Origin: Tubiluchus corallicola
Taxonomy: Eukaryota > Animalia > Priapulida
Length of the DNA stretch: 64,000 nt
Direction of reading: 5' to 3'
NCBI GenBank assembly: GCA_030141605.1
Contig: JAQGDQ010000645.1
Coordinates: forward strand, 1 to 64,000
Program-made: the position numbers and the translations under genes
Notes under the pieces: generated by a model
The model's database searches: none
What the model was told of the DNA's origin: nothing
Seen by the model: the letters and a program-made list of their open reading frames with translations, nothing else
Shown here: piece after piece, positions 43,831 to 56,300 of the stretch
Position numbering within the stretch: the stretch's first letter is position 1
Layout: each line of letters opens with the position of its first letter

Positions 43831-45505
43831 AATTGAAAAAGAATAATTATTACGATCATGTGCTGAATCACCCTGTCTTTTACTTTTAGTAATAAAAATT
43901 ACAAAAAAGTTACAAAGTGATTCCAGAAATTTGCTTTTTAAAAAAGTAGTTTATTTTATTTTTTTCTCGTATAATCAGTGATTGGTTGGCATGTATGTTA
44001 AATGTGTAGTGACCTTTTCACTCCATATAGGTCTCCCTGGCCATTGGCCAATTATGTGTTGTATATTTTTAATATTGCATTAATTTGTTATTTCTAAAAT
44101 AAATAAATAAATATCAAAAATTGGTAAGCTTAATGCAAATCCAAACATCACTTACTTATAGTTTTAGATAATTCACAAATAATTATAAATCTTTAACTGC
44201 ATGTGGCATATGTAATAGCAAAGGAACAACATGGTATGTGTGTGCGTGTGTGTGTACGTCTTCAATGCTAACAGAGAGAAAACTGATTGCTTGTGTTGAA
44301 TCCCTACACAGCTATAGCCGATAAACACTGCATAGTAAAAGCCACTAAAAATTTTATTTAGATACTGGTTGCTATAGCAACAAGTTGCAGGCAAAATTCC
44401 TTTGCATAAAGTTTTTACCCAGGTAACGGCAGGCGTATTATTGTAAATAGATTTCGCTTGATACAAATGGCTAGCATTTTGCAGCCGACGGAAAAGCAAA
44501 CCATTATGGTTGTACACTACTTTTATGTTACTGTTGCATTTTTAAAACAGAACAGCACAATATGCTCCGTTTTAATGTTTAAAATCATGTTAAAAATTGT
44601 TGATAAAATAAAAATGGTTTTGAGCAAAGCAACAAAAATTGTCATTAAACATGAAAAGGTGTCCAATGTTCTGAGTCGTTAAAACAAAGCATTACTAAGT
44701 CGGGTTCGAGTGGCTTAGCAAGCACTTACTGTATTATGGCGTTTTGGTTATTGTGGAGGGTGGCCACAAGCCACTGGTATTCTCAAAACGTAATTTCTTT
44801 CCTGTACGAAACATGATCTATTTGTTTCAATAAGAAAATTTTTTCAATAAGATCGAAAGTAGCATGACATCAATAATACAGATCGTGAGTGTGCAGTACT
44901 GTGGTCAAGTAATACAAAAGATGTTAAAAGTGGTACATGCTGTTGATGTGCTTGGTATTTATTGTGAATGTGATCGAAGCAATAAAAATCTCCATTATGC
45001 ATTTTAGATTTGTTATTTTCTAGTCGGCAGAAAGCTCTTTGAGCTTATGTTACTTGTTCATCTAAAAGCCGATTATAAATGAAGATTTATTATTATTATT
45101 ATAACTTATAAGACAGTAGCACTTTTGCGAACTGATATATCCTTGATTTTGGAATTATTGTTGAACAATCTGAACACATTTTTGTAGGTCATAATTCAGA
45201 TTCATCATCATCTCAATACATCCCAAGCATGAAAATTGTCGAGTAATTTTGTTGTATACAGACCAGCTTCATAACTGAGCCAGCTGACAATTGCAATGAT
45301 CAAGGACAGCACATTGATCTCTCGTCCATGCAGATCTTCAAGTGACCACATTTCTGTTAAAAATATCACCCTTAAAATGTATCGAATTCAGCAAGCTCTG
45401 ATTCAGTAGCTCTTGATTCAGCAATACTTTGATATAGCATATTGTATTGCTCTACAATTATGGTTTTTCACTTCTCAAACAATTTAGCAAAAGGTAACTT
45501 ATGTT

Positions 45506-45902
45506 TAGGGGCGAGCATCGGCCACTCGAGTTCGAACGAGTGTTTTAATTCGAATTCGATTCAAACCTGAAACTGCAGATTTTTTAATGCTTCAACACTT
45601 CAAGCACATATGTCTTTATCATTAAAATGATTGAAACATTATGCAATTAGCTTAATTTTGCTGTGATTTCTGTGCACAATTTTAAACAAATCGCTAGTGG
45701 CTTTACTGTAGAACAAGATTGAGTAATATGCATGATATTTGTAAGACTAATTTTTTTGGGTGGTTCAAAAACTTGTTCGAAAATCTTTCAATCTCAATTC
45801 AGATTCGACTCGAATTTGAAACACTGAAGTTGGGTTCGATCCGAATTTGAAAGTCACAAATTCGATTCGAATTCGCTTTCTGTTAGAGAATGCTCACCCC
45901 TA
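45506..45902 (-). mobile_element. hAT MITE family B, complete inverted copy
   Basis: TIR TAGGGGCGAGCAT / ATGCTCACCCCTA; perfect TSD CTTATGTT. Confidence 0.9.
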
Positions 45903-47027
45903 CTTATGTTGCTGCTCTACCTTTGATGCTGAAGCATAGTGCAATGACCGTGGCGGGTTGTGTGCTTTTATCAGCGGTGGTGCGCTACATTCACACGGGT
46001 TTGTGCCGCGGGTCTTTTGCTAAGTATTAAAAACATTTAATGATTTATAATAAAGATATTTAGCGTAGAAAAACTGAAAAACGATCAAGAAAAATAACGC
46101 AGATGGATCATGTTCTGAGGTAACTAGAAAACAGTTTCTTTATTGAATCAGTTTAGTTTATTTGATTGAAATACCATTTGCATTATACATGTGTACATGA
46201 ATGATAAAATAAAATGTTCAAAAAAGTGCACATTAATAGAGTTTTCATGTGAAATAAATTAAAAAAATGCTAGCTCATGGGTCAAACAAGCAAGTGCAAT
46301 TAAATACTAATATGCTATAGGTTTCCACTGAAAAATGTCAATAATTATTGGTAAGACACCCACCATTGTAAATCTTTTTATTCTGCATTGCTAATGATCT
46401 TGGATCGTGCAAATTTATGGTGAACACTGACAGTGCGATGACCACCGATGATTAAGCGCAAACTATGATTTGATAGGACCTTAGTGAGTTAATATGTTAC
46501 CAAAAATTTATAACATGCTTAACTAAGTAGTAAAGAAAATTCAGTAATAGTATTAGTAATGACTAGCTTGCATACCTGGCAAGTTGTTAAGCGAGGTGTT
46601 AGTGGAGAATAAAGAAGCTAATAATGATAACTGTATGAGATTCAAGAAGATTTGCTAATATTGCAAAATCTTAATAATTTTTTATGAACTGTAATATAGT
46701 CACTAGTAAATTTATCATTAAACTTTAGAATTTTTCTTAACATTTCATTTCTTTTGGCTAACTACTTGAGATTAATCATTATTAAACATAAACTAAATGG
46801 CTTATAACGTTTAAAATATAATGACCCATTGTTCAGTAATTGTAAGCTGACATGATTTATTATTGAAGTATTTATTAAATTTCAAATAATGGACTTGCAA
46901 TTTGTTTCAGCATGAAGTCAATGAGTTAGACTGAAAAAGCACTGATTCTGGAAACAGGGTTGGCCATACGCTTCTTGTTAGAGGGTTAACTTAAAAAAGA
47001 AGATACAAGTTGCAATAGATCACCATT

Positions 47028-50000
47028 ATGGAAAACTTTGAAATGCCTCGGAATAATTTACAAGAACACTTGGCACTGTATAATTCCATGCAGAAGCGTG
47101 TGAATAATACAAACACTGTTAGCAAAAGTGGTTTTACATTTAAAAAGACAAAATTACCAAATTCTCCTCTTTGTGATTCTTTTGCAAATTCAAGTTTGAC
47201 ATGTAAAAATTTGAGTTCACAGTACAGCTGCACATCCAAGCCTAGTAATGTATCTTGTAATCAACACTTGCAAAATCTTGAGCCGACTCATTTGAAAACT
47301 TCAACTAGTAGCCCAAATCAAAGTTTCATTTCCAGTTTACCAAATTATCTGGCTGATAAATCAAACCTGCCTGAAAAGAATAGCTTTCAAAACAAGCTTT
47401 CCACAAAAAGGCACCATCAGTCATCACAGCAACTAAAACAAGGTAAAAAAAGTACGCAGAAAATTACGTCGTTCTTTCAAGAAAAACCTAAAGAGGGGAA
47501 AGCTGAGAGCGTACATGCAAGGCATGGCATTGCACGATTCGACCAGAGTGCAGAGTCAACAAAAGCAGTGCCATTAGCCAGAGTTAAACCACATGCAGTG
47601 GTATCACCATCTGCATCTTCGTTGAGTGATAATATGCCTACCGATGGTTTGGAGAGCCCTGTTCAAAGGCGTAAGAAATCACGACTCATGATATTAAGTG
47701 ATGACGATGATGACGATGGATGGGGTATAGATGACGATCATGACATTCCAATCGTTGATGATTTGACAGCAGATGTGCCATCGCTTAACAGTATTAGCAG
47801 TGTTTATAATGGTCATCATACGTCACCTACTAAAGATATTGATGCTTCAACTATCGTGTATGACACGTGCAATACAAACATTAGCAGCACGCCAAAACAA
47901 CAATTTTTGTTGTCGAATAAAAGTTCCTTAAATAAAACTCCGACTGAGAATGTTCCAATAGATGATATTGTAAACCATCCTCTGATTCAGATTATGACTT
48001 GCCCAAGTACAAAAGAACAAACCGAAGAATACTTGCAAAATTTAGATCAACTTCACGTAACTGTATTAAAACAAGTGTGTTCCCTGGTGGCAGGCGTAAA
48101 TGACAAGTATTTATTAGCTGTGCCTGGATTAAACGGCAAGATGTTAGTCGAATGGTTAGCTGTGCACCGGAAAATTGCAGGTTTGATACATAAAGCCAAA
48201 GTATCTTGCGAAAAATATAAAAACAATCATACGGAGGTGACACCATTAGACTGCATGACAAACATGCGTACCAATCACTCTGGGTATCTTGCAGGACATT
48301 TTCCCAAAAATGTACGAAAAAGTAACATTGTTTCACAAGTCGTTGCGGAAAAAAAGTCCTCTAATGAAGGCGAGAGATCTTCAGAAATAACATGCCGCGG
48401 TGTTTTAGCTAAACCAGTCAAGACAACTTTGCCTGATGTGAGAACAAGTTCTCCGTTCATAAACATGACGGTTCAAAGAGATGCACACACTGATAGTAAT
48501 GCAGATAGCATACCAAGCGATGATGATTTATTCATTGAGGATGATGATGACGACGAACTGTTATCTGCATTGAATAGTCAAGCAATAGAAAATGGGGGAA
48601 GTTGTGAGGATGTGGCAGACTGCATTGATAGTTCTTTATTTCAACAATTACCCTTGCATACAGCATCAGCACCAAAAAGTAATATGGATGTAGCAAACAC
48701 AACACTATCTGGCAGCTCGCTTCACCGACAACCCTTTAATGCTGCAAAGCATGAGATGTCTTCAGTTTCAGCATCTACAAGCAAGTCAAGTGCATCAGAA
48801 TGTGGTGGACAGTCAAGACCCAAAAAGCTTTTCCGTGGCAACTATCGCGATGATGGTAGTTCTGGGCAGTTTGATGGTTTAGGTTTTCCTCACTCTGCAG
48901 AAATGCTCAAGATTTTTCGCAGTGTTTTTGGGCTGAAAACTTTTCGCACTAATCAGTTACAAGCTATTAATGCGGCTCTACTCGGGGAAGACACATTTAT
49001 ATTAATGCCTACTGGTGGCGGAAAGAGTTTATGTTATCAATTACCTGCTTTAATGACACTGGGTGTGACTATTGTCGTTTCACCGTTACGCTCGCTTATT
49101 CAAGATCAGGTTCAGAAGCTGTGCTCACTTGACATACCTGCAACACACTTATCCGGGGACATAGCAACTCAGGAATCAGATGGCATTTATAGACAACTTG
49201 CCATGCGTGACCCAGTCATAAAGCTGTTATACGTTACACCAGAAAAGCTCTCAGCTAGCAATAAGCTGCTTACGACTATAGGTAATTTATACAGCAGGAA
49301 GTTGCTGTCTCGGTTTGTGATAGACGAAGCTCATTGTGTCAGCAACTGGGGTCACGACTTCCGTCCCGACTACAAAAAATTAAATGCGTTAAGGCAAAGA
49401 TTTCCCGAAGTGCCAATGATGGCACTAACGGCTACAGCGACGCCACGAGTCCGTCAAGATATACTTCATCAACTTGGCATGAAGCAGCCGAAGTGGTTTA
49501 TGCAGAGTTTCAATCGTCCGAACCTCCAATACGAGGTCCGCCCAAAGAAACCAAAGAAGTTAGCGCAGGACATTTTGGAGATGGTACAAAAAGAGTTCAA
49601 GAACCAGAGTGGCATCATCTATTGCTTGTCACGCAATGAATGTGATAAATTAGCTGGAGATCTGTCACGGTCGGGTGTCTCTGCTCTTGCGTACCATGCT
49701 GGTTTGGATAATGATCAAAGAAACAGAGTACAGAAACAATGGATAAATGAAGACCGATGTAAAGTTGTTTGTGCGACAATTGCGTTCGGTATGGGTATCG
49801 ATAAGCCCGATGTGAGATACGTTATTCACTATTCGCTACCGAAGTCTATCGAGGGATACTATCAGGAGTCTGGAAGAGCTGGCAGAGATGGTTTACCATC
49901 CCGCTGCATACTGTTTTACACTTATCAAGACATGCATCGCATTCGACGCATGATCGAACGTGACGACACAACAGACAGGGAAGCAAAGAACGTACACATT

Positions 50001-51272
50001 GATAATCTATACCGGATCGTGGGCTACTGTGAAAATTGTACGGACTGTAGAAGAGCTCAGCAGCTGGAGTATTTTGGGGAAATTTTTGACAGGCGGTTGT
50101 GTAAGATAAATCCAAAAACGCAGTGCGACAATTGCAAAGCAGAGGGGAGTTTTATCACTCGTGACATGACAGAAGCAGCCAAACTTGTGATACAGAGTGT
50201 TCAGCAGGCGTTAGAGAACCGTCCTGGCCAGAGAACTGGAAAGTGGCAGAAGAGGTACACACTGCTGCATTTTGTAGAAGTATTCAGAGGATCTTCATCG
50301 GCTAAAATACAAGAAGACGGGCACTCGGGCCTTCCTGCTTTTGGAATCGGAAAGTCTTATCCGAGATCAGATGCAGAGCGCTTCTTAAGGAAGTTGGTAC
50401 TAGATGACATTCTTGGCGAAGATATCGTAGTTACAGCTCAAGATTTTGTATGTGCCTATGTAAAGCTCGGATACAGGGCATATGATACGCTAAATGGTAG
50501 ACTTAAAGTAATGTTCAACGCATCTTCTGGAAAACAGTCTGTTACTGTTGATAATCAACCAAAGACTAAAGCAGACAAGGATAAAGAACAAGTGTACTCA
50601 GCTTGCTATAATGAGTTAGTTGTCAGAGCACGGTCTCTAGCTTTGGAACTGGGCATGAACTGGAAGAACATCTATGGACCCGATACCTTGAAGGAAATGT
50701 GTCAGCGTTTGCCAGTTACGGAGGAGGAGATGAAAGAGATTACCGGCGTAACTGAGCATAACTATCAACGTTACGGGTGCAAGTTTCTTGAAATCACTCA
50801 AAATTATGATGACCTATTAACATTGCTGACAGAGGATGATTTTGATAATGCAGCAAATGAAGTCGATGATGTGAATGAAGATTTCTCCTCTCCGTATTTT
50901 CCAACTAGGCACTCAAGTACTGTAGTGACAAATGGTAGTGCTGCAAACAAATCACGCAAGTCATGGACTTCCAAATATAAGAAACCCAAGAGGCAGAAAA
51001 CTACAACTGTTACTGGTGTAAAAAAGAAGTACAATGCAAGAAAGAAATTCGCAAAGCAGAGCATCGCGTCTAATAATTTTTCAAATTCGGCTAGGACGTC
51101 TATAAATGGAGCCTCTAACAGCAAGTTTTCCAAATTTAGCAGAACTTCAATTACGGGCTCCAAAACACCCTGCACAAAATCTGGGCTTGGCCTGATGCCA
51201 GACCCAACAGTGAAACGTACAAAAAAACCCCGATCCTTTCTTTCTAATCATCCAAGCTTTCAGTTTATGTAA
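47028..51272 (+). CDS. BLM: Bloom syndrome RecQ helicase, 1414 aa, intronless CDS
   Basis: MPTGGGKSLCYQ, IDEAHCVSNWGHDFRPDY, QESGRAGRDG, Zn-binding CRR..CDNC, winged-helix and HRDC-like regions, long acidic N-terminus and basic C-terminal NLS. Acceptor tttgtttcag ends at 46910. Confidence 0.95.
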   Translation: MENFEMPRNNLQEHLALYNSMQKRVNNTNTVSKSGFTFKKTKLPNSPLCDSFANSSLTCKNLSSQYSCTSKPSNVSCNQHLQNLEPTHLKTSTSSPNQSFISSLPNYLADKSNLPEKNSFQNKLSTKRHHQSSQQLKQGKKSTQKITSFFQEKPKEGKAESVHARHGIARFDQSAESTKAVPLARVKPHAVVSPSASSLSDNMPTDGLESPVQRRKKSRLMILSDDDDDDGWGIDDDHDIPIVDDLTADVPSLNSISSVYNGHHTSPTKDIDASTIVYDTCNTNISSTPKQQFLLSNKSSLNKTPTENVPIDDIVNHPLIQIMTCPSTKEQTEEYLQNLDQLHVTVLKQVCSLVAGVNDKYLLAVPGLNGKMLVEWLAVHRKIAGLIHKAKVSCEKYKNNHTEVTPLDCMTNMRTNHSGYLAGHFPKNVRKSNIVSQVVAEKKSSNEGERSSEITCRGVLAKPVKTTLPDVRTSSPFINMTVQRDAHTDSNADSIPSDDDLFIEDDDDDELLSALNSQAIENGGSCEDVADCIDSSLFQQLPLHTASAPKSNMDVANTTLSGSSLHRQPFNAAKHEMSSVSASTSKSSASECGGQSRPKKLFRGNYRDDGSSGQFDGLGFPHSAEMLKIFRSVFGLKTFRTNQLQAINAALLGEDTFILMPTGGGKSLCYQLPALMTLGVTIVVSPLRSLIQDQVQKLCSLDIPATHLSGDIATQESDGIYRQLAMRDPVIKLLYVTPEKLSASNKLLTTIGNLYSRKLLSRFVIDEAHCVSNWGHDFRPDYKKLNALRQRFPEVPMMALTATATPRVRQDILHQLGMKQPKWFMQSFNRPNLQYEVRPKKPKKLAQDILEMVQKEFKNQSGIIYCLSRNECDKLAGDLSRSGVSALAYHAGLDNDQRNRVQKQWINEDRCKVVCATIAFGMGIDKPDVRYVIHYSLPKSIEGYYQESGRAGRDGLPSRCILFYTYQDMHRIRRMIERDDTTDREAKNVHIDNLYRIVGYCENCTDCRRAQQLEYFGEIFDRRLCKINPKTQCDNCKAEGSFITRDMTEAAKLVIQSVQQALENRPGQRTGKWQKRYTLLHFVEVFRGSSSAKIQEDGHSGLPAFGIGKSYPRSDAERFLRKLVLDDILGEDIVVTAQDFVCAYVKLGYRAYDTLNGRLKVMFNASSGKQSVTVDNQPKTKADKDKEQVYSACYNELVVRARSLALELGMNWKNIYGPDTLKEMCQRLPVTEEEMKEITGVTEHNYQRYGCKFLEITQNYDDLLTLLTEDDFDNAANEVDDVNEDFSSPYFPTRHSSTVVTNGSAANKSRKSWTSKYKKPKRQKTTTVTGVKKKYNARKKFAKQSIASNNFSNSARTSINGASNSKFSKFSRTSITGSKTPCTKSGLGLMPDPTVKRTKKPRSFLSNHPSFQFM

Positions 51273-51738
51273 TTTACATTTTTGTAGATTATGTAACCCA
51301 CGAATAATTATTGAAGTAATATTGTTGTTAGAAAATGTTTTACCCTTTTATATATATTTTACATTAGGTACTATACTCTTTTGTATAGCTCCAGTGTTAA
51401 TGTACTTTCCCTCCAAATTGATTTTTTCATTTAGTGCTGGTTACGTTCAATTCTTATTATAGTTTTATAAGTGTGTATCTTACTTGTAAACATGAAAATC
51501 TAATTTTACCCATTTTATAACTAAATTAAAAACATTTTGATTTGTTAGGCTCAATAAATGATTTTTTACGTTGAGTGATGATCATATTGACTACGATTTA
51601 GTACATGCAAAAGTGGTACAGCAGCTTTCTGCAAATGTTAGTACACCGAGGTGAAAATTGGTGGTTCAATGACATTGTGCCACAGACATTTTGCATTTTG
51701 GTCTTTCTACACTAAAGCAGGTCAATTTTAAAGCAATA

Positions 51739-52102
51739 CAGTGTTCCCTTGCTACTTCGCGGTTCGTTTATTGTCGACTCGCTGTTTCGTGGGTTTTTAA
51801 AAATATTAATGTAAAATATTTATCGCGGTATTTTCGCTGTTTCACGGGTTTTTGCACTACTTCTTCTAAAGTATTTTTGCACATGCGTAGTACGTATTGT
51901 ACAGAAATGTATAGATTTGATGAATTTTGCGTAAAAAATCACAAAATGTATAAAAATATATTAAAAATATTAATTCTAACATTAAAAGAATATTATAAAT
52001 CATAAAAAATAACGTATAACTACTAAAATAAGTATAGCGTCCCTATTTCGCAGAAATTCACTTATTGCAGGTGGGCCTGGAACGATAAGTGAGGGAACAC
52101 TG
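51739..52102. mobile_element. Tc1/pogo-Tigger-type MITE
   Basis: TA|CAGTGTTCCCT ... AGGGAACACTG|TA. Confidence 0.8.
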
Positions 52103-53377
52103 TATACGAATTCTTCTGGCCTTACCTGTTTTGCCTTTTGAATTCATTTAGTTATGATGTAATGTAAAGACAAAATACAGCTTGTAAGTCATTATGCACA
52201 TACTGTCTGTAATTATTCTACATACGTAGGTATGTGCCTTTACATTTTATTATTGAATACAAATATATAAGAAACGTTGAATATTATCTAGCAATACAGT
52301 AGTTTATTATAATAGTGAGCTGACAGCTATAATTGTGTAGCTGAACAAATAATTATTTACATTATGCAACATATATTATACAGCAATACACTAAACAGCA
52401 GTCTCTACTGCTCATAACAGAATAAATGAACAAATTTTACATTGTTAATTGCTAAGCGCCAAATTATTAACTTTGTCTTCTCCTGTGTCTATACAATAAG
52501 TTTGAAAATAAATTAAAATTTTATACATCTTTCTATACAAGTACGCCCAAGACCAATCATTCTGAGACTTCCCAATTTATGCATAATTTAGGAAAAAACT
52601 TACAATATGTTGAACACTATGGAATAACAGAAAATAAATAATTATACCTATATTACTTGTATATACACATGCATTAAAGAAACTGCTATAGTTATAACAA
52701 TGTCTCCCATACGTAGGCAGCACCAAGAAGTGTTAAAATGAGAGTAAATATAGGATATAACGGGTTACTTAAGCCTGTCAGCGTGCTTGAGAAATCAGAC
52801 ATGCTATGTGATAAATATTAAAACAAATTTTCAGTGATTATCAATGTGGGAGCAAAAAGCTCAGTCATTGACTAAACTAGAGTCTAGATTGAGAAATCAC
52901 CACGGGTAGCAAAGCAACCAAATTAATGATAAAAACACTGTTGAGTACAAGGAGCCTAAATGCCTTGCACCTTTTTCGAAACAAAGCAACTTAAACGATT
53001 ATTTTTCATGTCCCCCAAGCGTCAAAACATTTTCCTACCGAACTTCGTAACACATAAGACAGTATAAAAATTTGTATCTATGTAAAATTGTGCACCTATT
53101 ATGGTTAAATCAAAGCGACTTAATATTCTCAAATCTATTGAACTTTCTATATTACTTATTACAACTACAGGTAAGTGAAATTTCACAGTAACACGAATAA
53201 AATATTTATAAGCGCTACAACTGGTACAGTATTGACTATAGCATATTCAATCAAAAACATTAATCTGAACTCTAGTTTCGCCTAGTTAGGACAATGCACC
53301 TTTTTAATAATACTAATTATTTATTTCTTACAACATTTGCCTAAGAAGCTGATAATGATGATAATCACCGTAACTCC

Positions 53378-56300
53378 TTAAGCGACAGTTTCCGTGGCAT
53401 GCTGTATTCGGAGGTTGTTATAACACGCTTGGCACACCCGTACGGGCTTCAGTATTCGAAGGCGGCTTATTTCTGATTCAAAACGGCTACACCTGGGTTA
53501 CAAAATAACAAAACAGTTTGAGGAAGCAAATGTCTTGCATGTTTAGTTGACAATCTTAACCCTTTCATACCCGTTGTATCCCGTGGGATACGAGAATATT
53601 TTCTGCCTTTAAAATTAATAAAATTTTAAAACTGACAGTTATTTGATCTGTTAATAGTTATTTTGATTTAAGCCAATAACAATAGACTAAAAATGGTGAT
53701 AAAATGGTGAATAGAAAATCTACATAGCATAAAAAACTGTGCAAGGTACAGTACTTTATAGACGACTTTGTACAGATCAGCATAGCGTGCATACTAAATG
53801 TCTTAAATACTTTAAAAAATTATCAGCAGTTGCAAAATGAAGCACATTTTATGCTTCCATTAAATCCCAATGTATCCCGAGGGATACAGGCTATATTTAG
53901 CACGCGGGCACAGGTAGAAAAAAATTATTATTAAGTGTAAACAAGATGGACATACCAAACAAAAATACCAAGCCAAAAATTTTCCTTATTAAAAAAATAA
54001 TTTGGGACTGAAAGGGTTAATGTAAAAAATGTTTTCTGGGCATAGCAGTGATGCTAAAAATTAGGATAACAGAATCTATTTGTAATGATGTGCATGGAAA
54101 AAAGTGTACGCTAATTTGACATGGTGTATGAGTTTGCATTTTTAGTGGATAGATGGCGCCAGCAGCGGGAGAGCGGCGGGCATAGCAGTGATGCTGAAAA
54201 TTATGATAACAGAATCTATTTGCGATGATGAGCATGGAAAAAAGTGTACGCTAATTTGACATAGTGTATGAGTTTGTATTTTTAGTGGATAGATGGCGCT
54301 AGCAGTGGGAGAGAGGTAAACAATCATCAAGAAATAGCCGAATACATATGTGAACAATTTTTTTAAAATACAATTTACAAAATGCATTGCTTTATCATAT
54401 TTGTCTTTTACATTTTAAATAAAAACGAAGTTGAAACACACAGTACATGAAAACCATTATTACAAACAGGAGTTATAGCCAGGTGTTGGCTTTCATGTAC
54501 GTTTTAGTGCAAAAGATTTGCAAAAACAATATGTGACAGCATTGCTATTGTTTACACTCACTATTGTTATGCTCACTTATACTGAAGAGAAATTGGTATC
54601 CAAGATCGTATTCACAAATCTTCTTTAAAATCTTATACTAGGTTCAAATGGAAACCAGTATTGTTGGACAGAAAAATTTTGATAATTTTTTTTGCGTTAA
54701 CTAGAAGTTACCTTGAACAAAACAGCTGGCCGCAGTTGCGGCAGTGGTGCCTCCGTTCAGAGAAGGAGAACTTTACTCCGCATCCGACACAGCCGTCTCC
54801 ACCTTCGTCCTTGACCCAATGGTCAGCTACAGTTCTCCCTGGCTGGTCAGGAACATACCAGCTGTACACTCTGCCACGAGTGTCGCCAACATACACAGTT
54901 CTATGATCCCTGGTTAAAAACAAATATATGTGTATAATTATTTATTACATTTGTATAACTATAGGTATTCTGAATTATATATCTTTTAATCTTACATACT
55001 TATAATACTTACATACTTAATCTTATAATTATCTTAATTTTACATACTATTAACAAATAATAATCTTTCTATCTTTTATATCATCTCATATACGAGCTTC
55101 ATTCATTACATCATTCCATTTTAAGCACTAATGTTTTTTTATCACACGATTCACTTTAAATTTTCAGGTTATTTCCATTACTTTTTTTTCACTGTGTGGG
55201 ACAATCTAACAAGCCCTGTTTTTTGATTGCCAGCAACACATTTACATTTGTATATATATATAGCAAACCTAAACTATGGTATATCTAAACTAGTTATGTG
55301 CTCAAAGTAAACTGTATACGAATTTACTAAGCAACATACAACAGCGATAATTCTCTTGTTTATCTTTCAACCCCACAATGTTTTGAGAGTCAAGTTAGTA
55401 TATTTGTATTGATGCTGTTTGAGGCTTTTCCTGTGCAGTATTTCTTATTTGTATTACGTTCATTGTAGGCCCTTTCACTAGATATTGTACATGAAACTAT
55501 TGTAAATGTGTAATGTGAAATAAATGACTTATGACTTATAGTTACAGAGTATAATACTGTATTATTATATTATATACTGCTGAATCTTGATTTTTTACAT
55601 TTCCTGCACTAGTAATCAACAATCGGTAAGTACTGTTGTTTTACGACAAACTGAGATGCGTTACGTCTAAAAATACAAATTTGCTAATAAAAGCAAGATG
55701 TTTTGAAATATTTGACACTTGTATTAAGGCCCAAGAGCAACAAAGATTAGCATAAGAGACAAACGAATAAACCTCATGATTTTTAGTTAAAGGGCAAGTA
55801 ACTCTTTTGCTTACAAAGCTGAAAAATTAGTCTTGAAATTTTGTACCTACGATCTGGCTTCTTGCACAGTGAGCTTGCGTTCACACAGTAACTCTGTATA
55901 AAACATGTATTAAACTCCCGCTTCTTGCACAGTGAGCTTGCGTTCACACAGTAACTCTGTATAAAACATGTATTAAACTCCCGCGATCGCCCCGAGGTAC
56001 AGTTACTCTGATGGCAAGTGGTTTGAAACAAGTTTAGATAATAGTGGTGAAAGTTTGAAAAGTTAATCAGAGCATCCATAGCACACACTTCACCGACTAA
56101 ACAAAAATACGAGTTACATTGTCTTGTCAATAAAATTAATAACATGTTTGTTTGCACAGCAAAATCGTCAAGAAGTCGGCAATTAACGTTTTCTAGTTAT
56201 TCACATATCGTGAATCTCCATGTCATGAGGATCATTTTGATAAAAAGTTCGTCTCTTTATTTCTAAGCGGAGATAATCCACATTGAAATTGAGGTGCAGG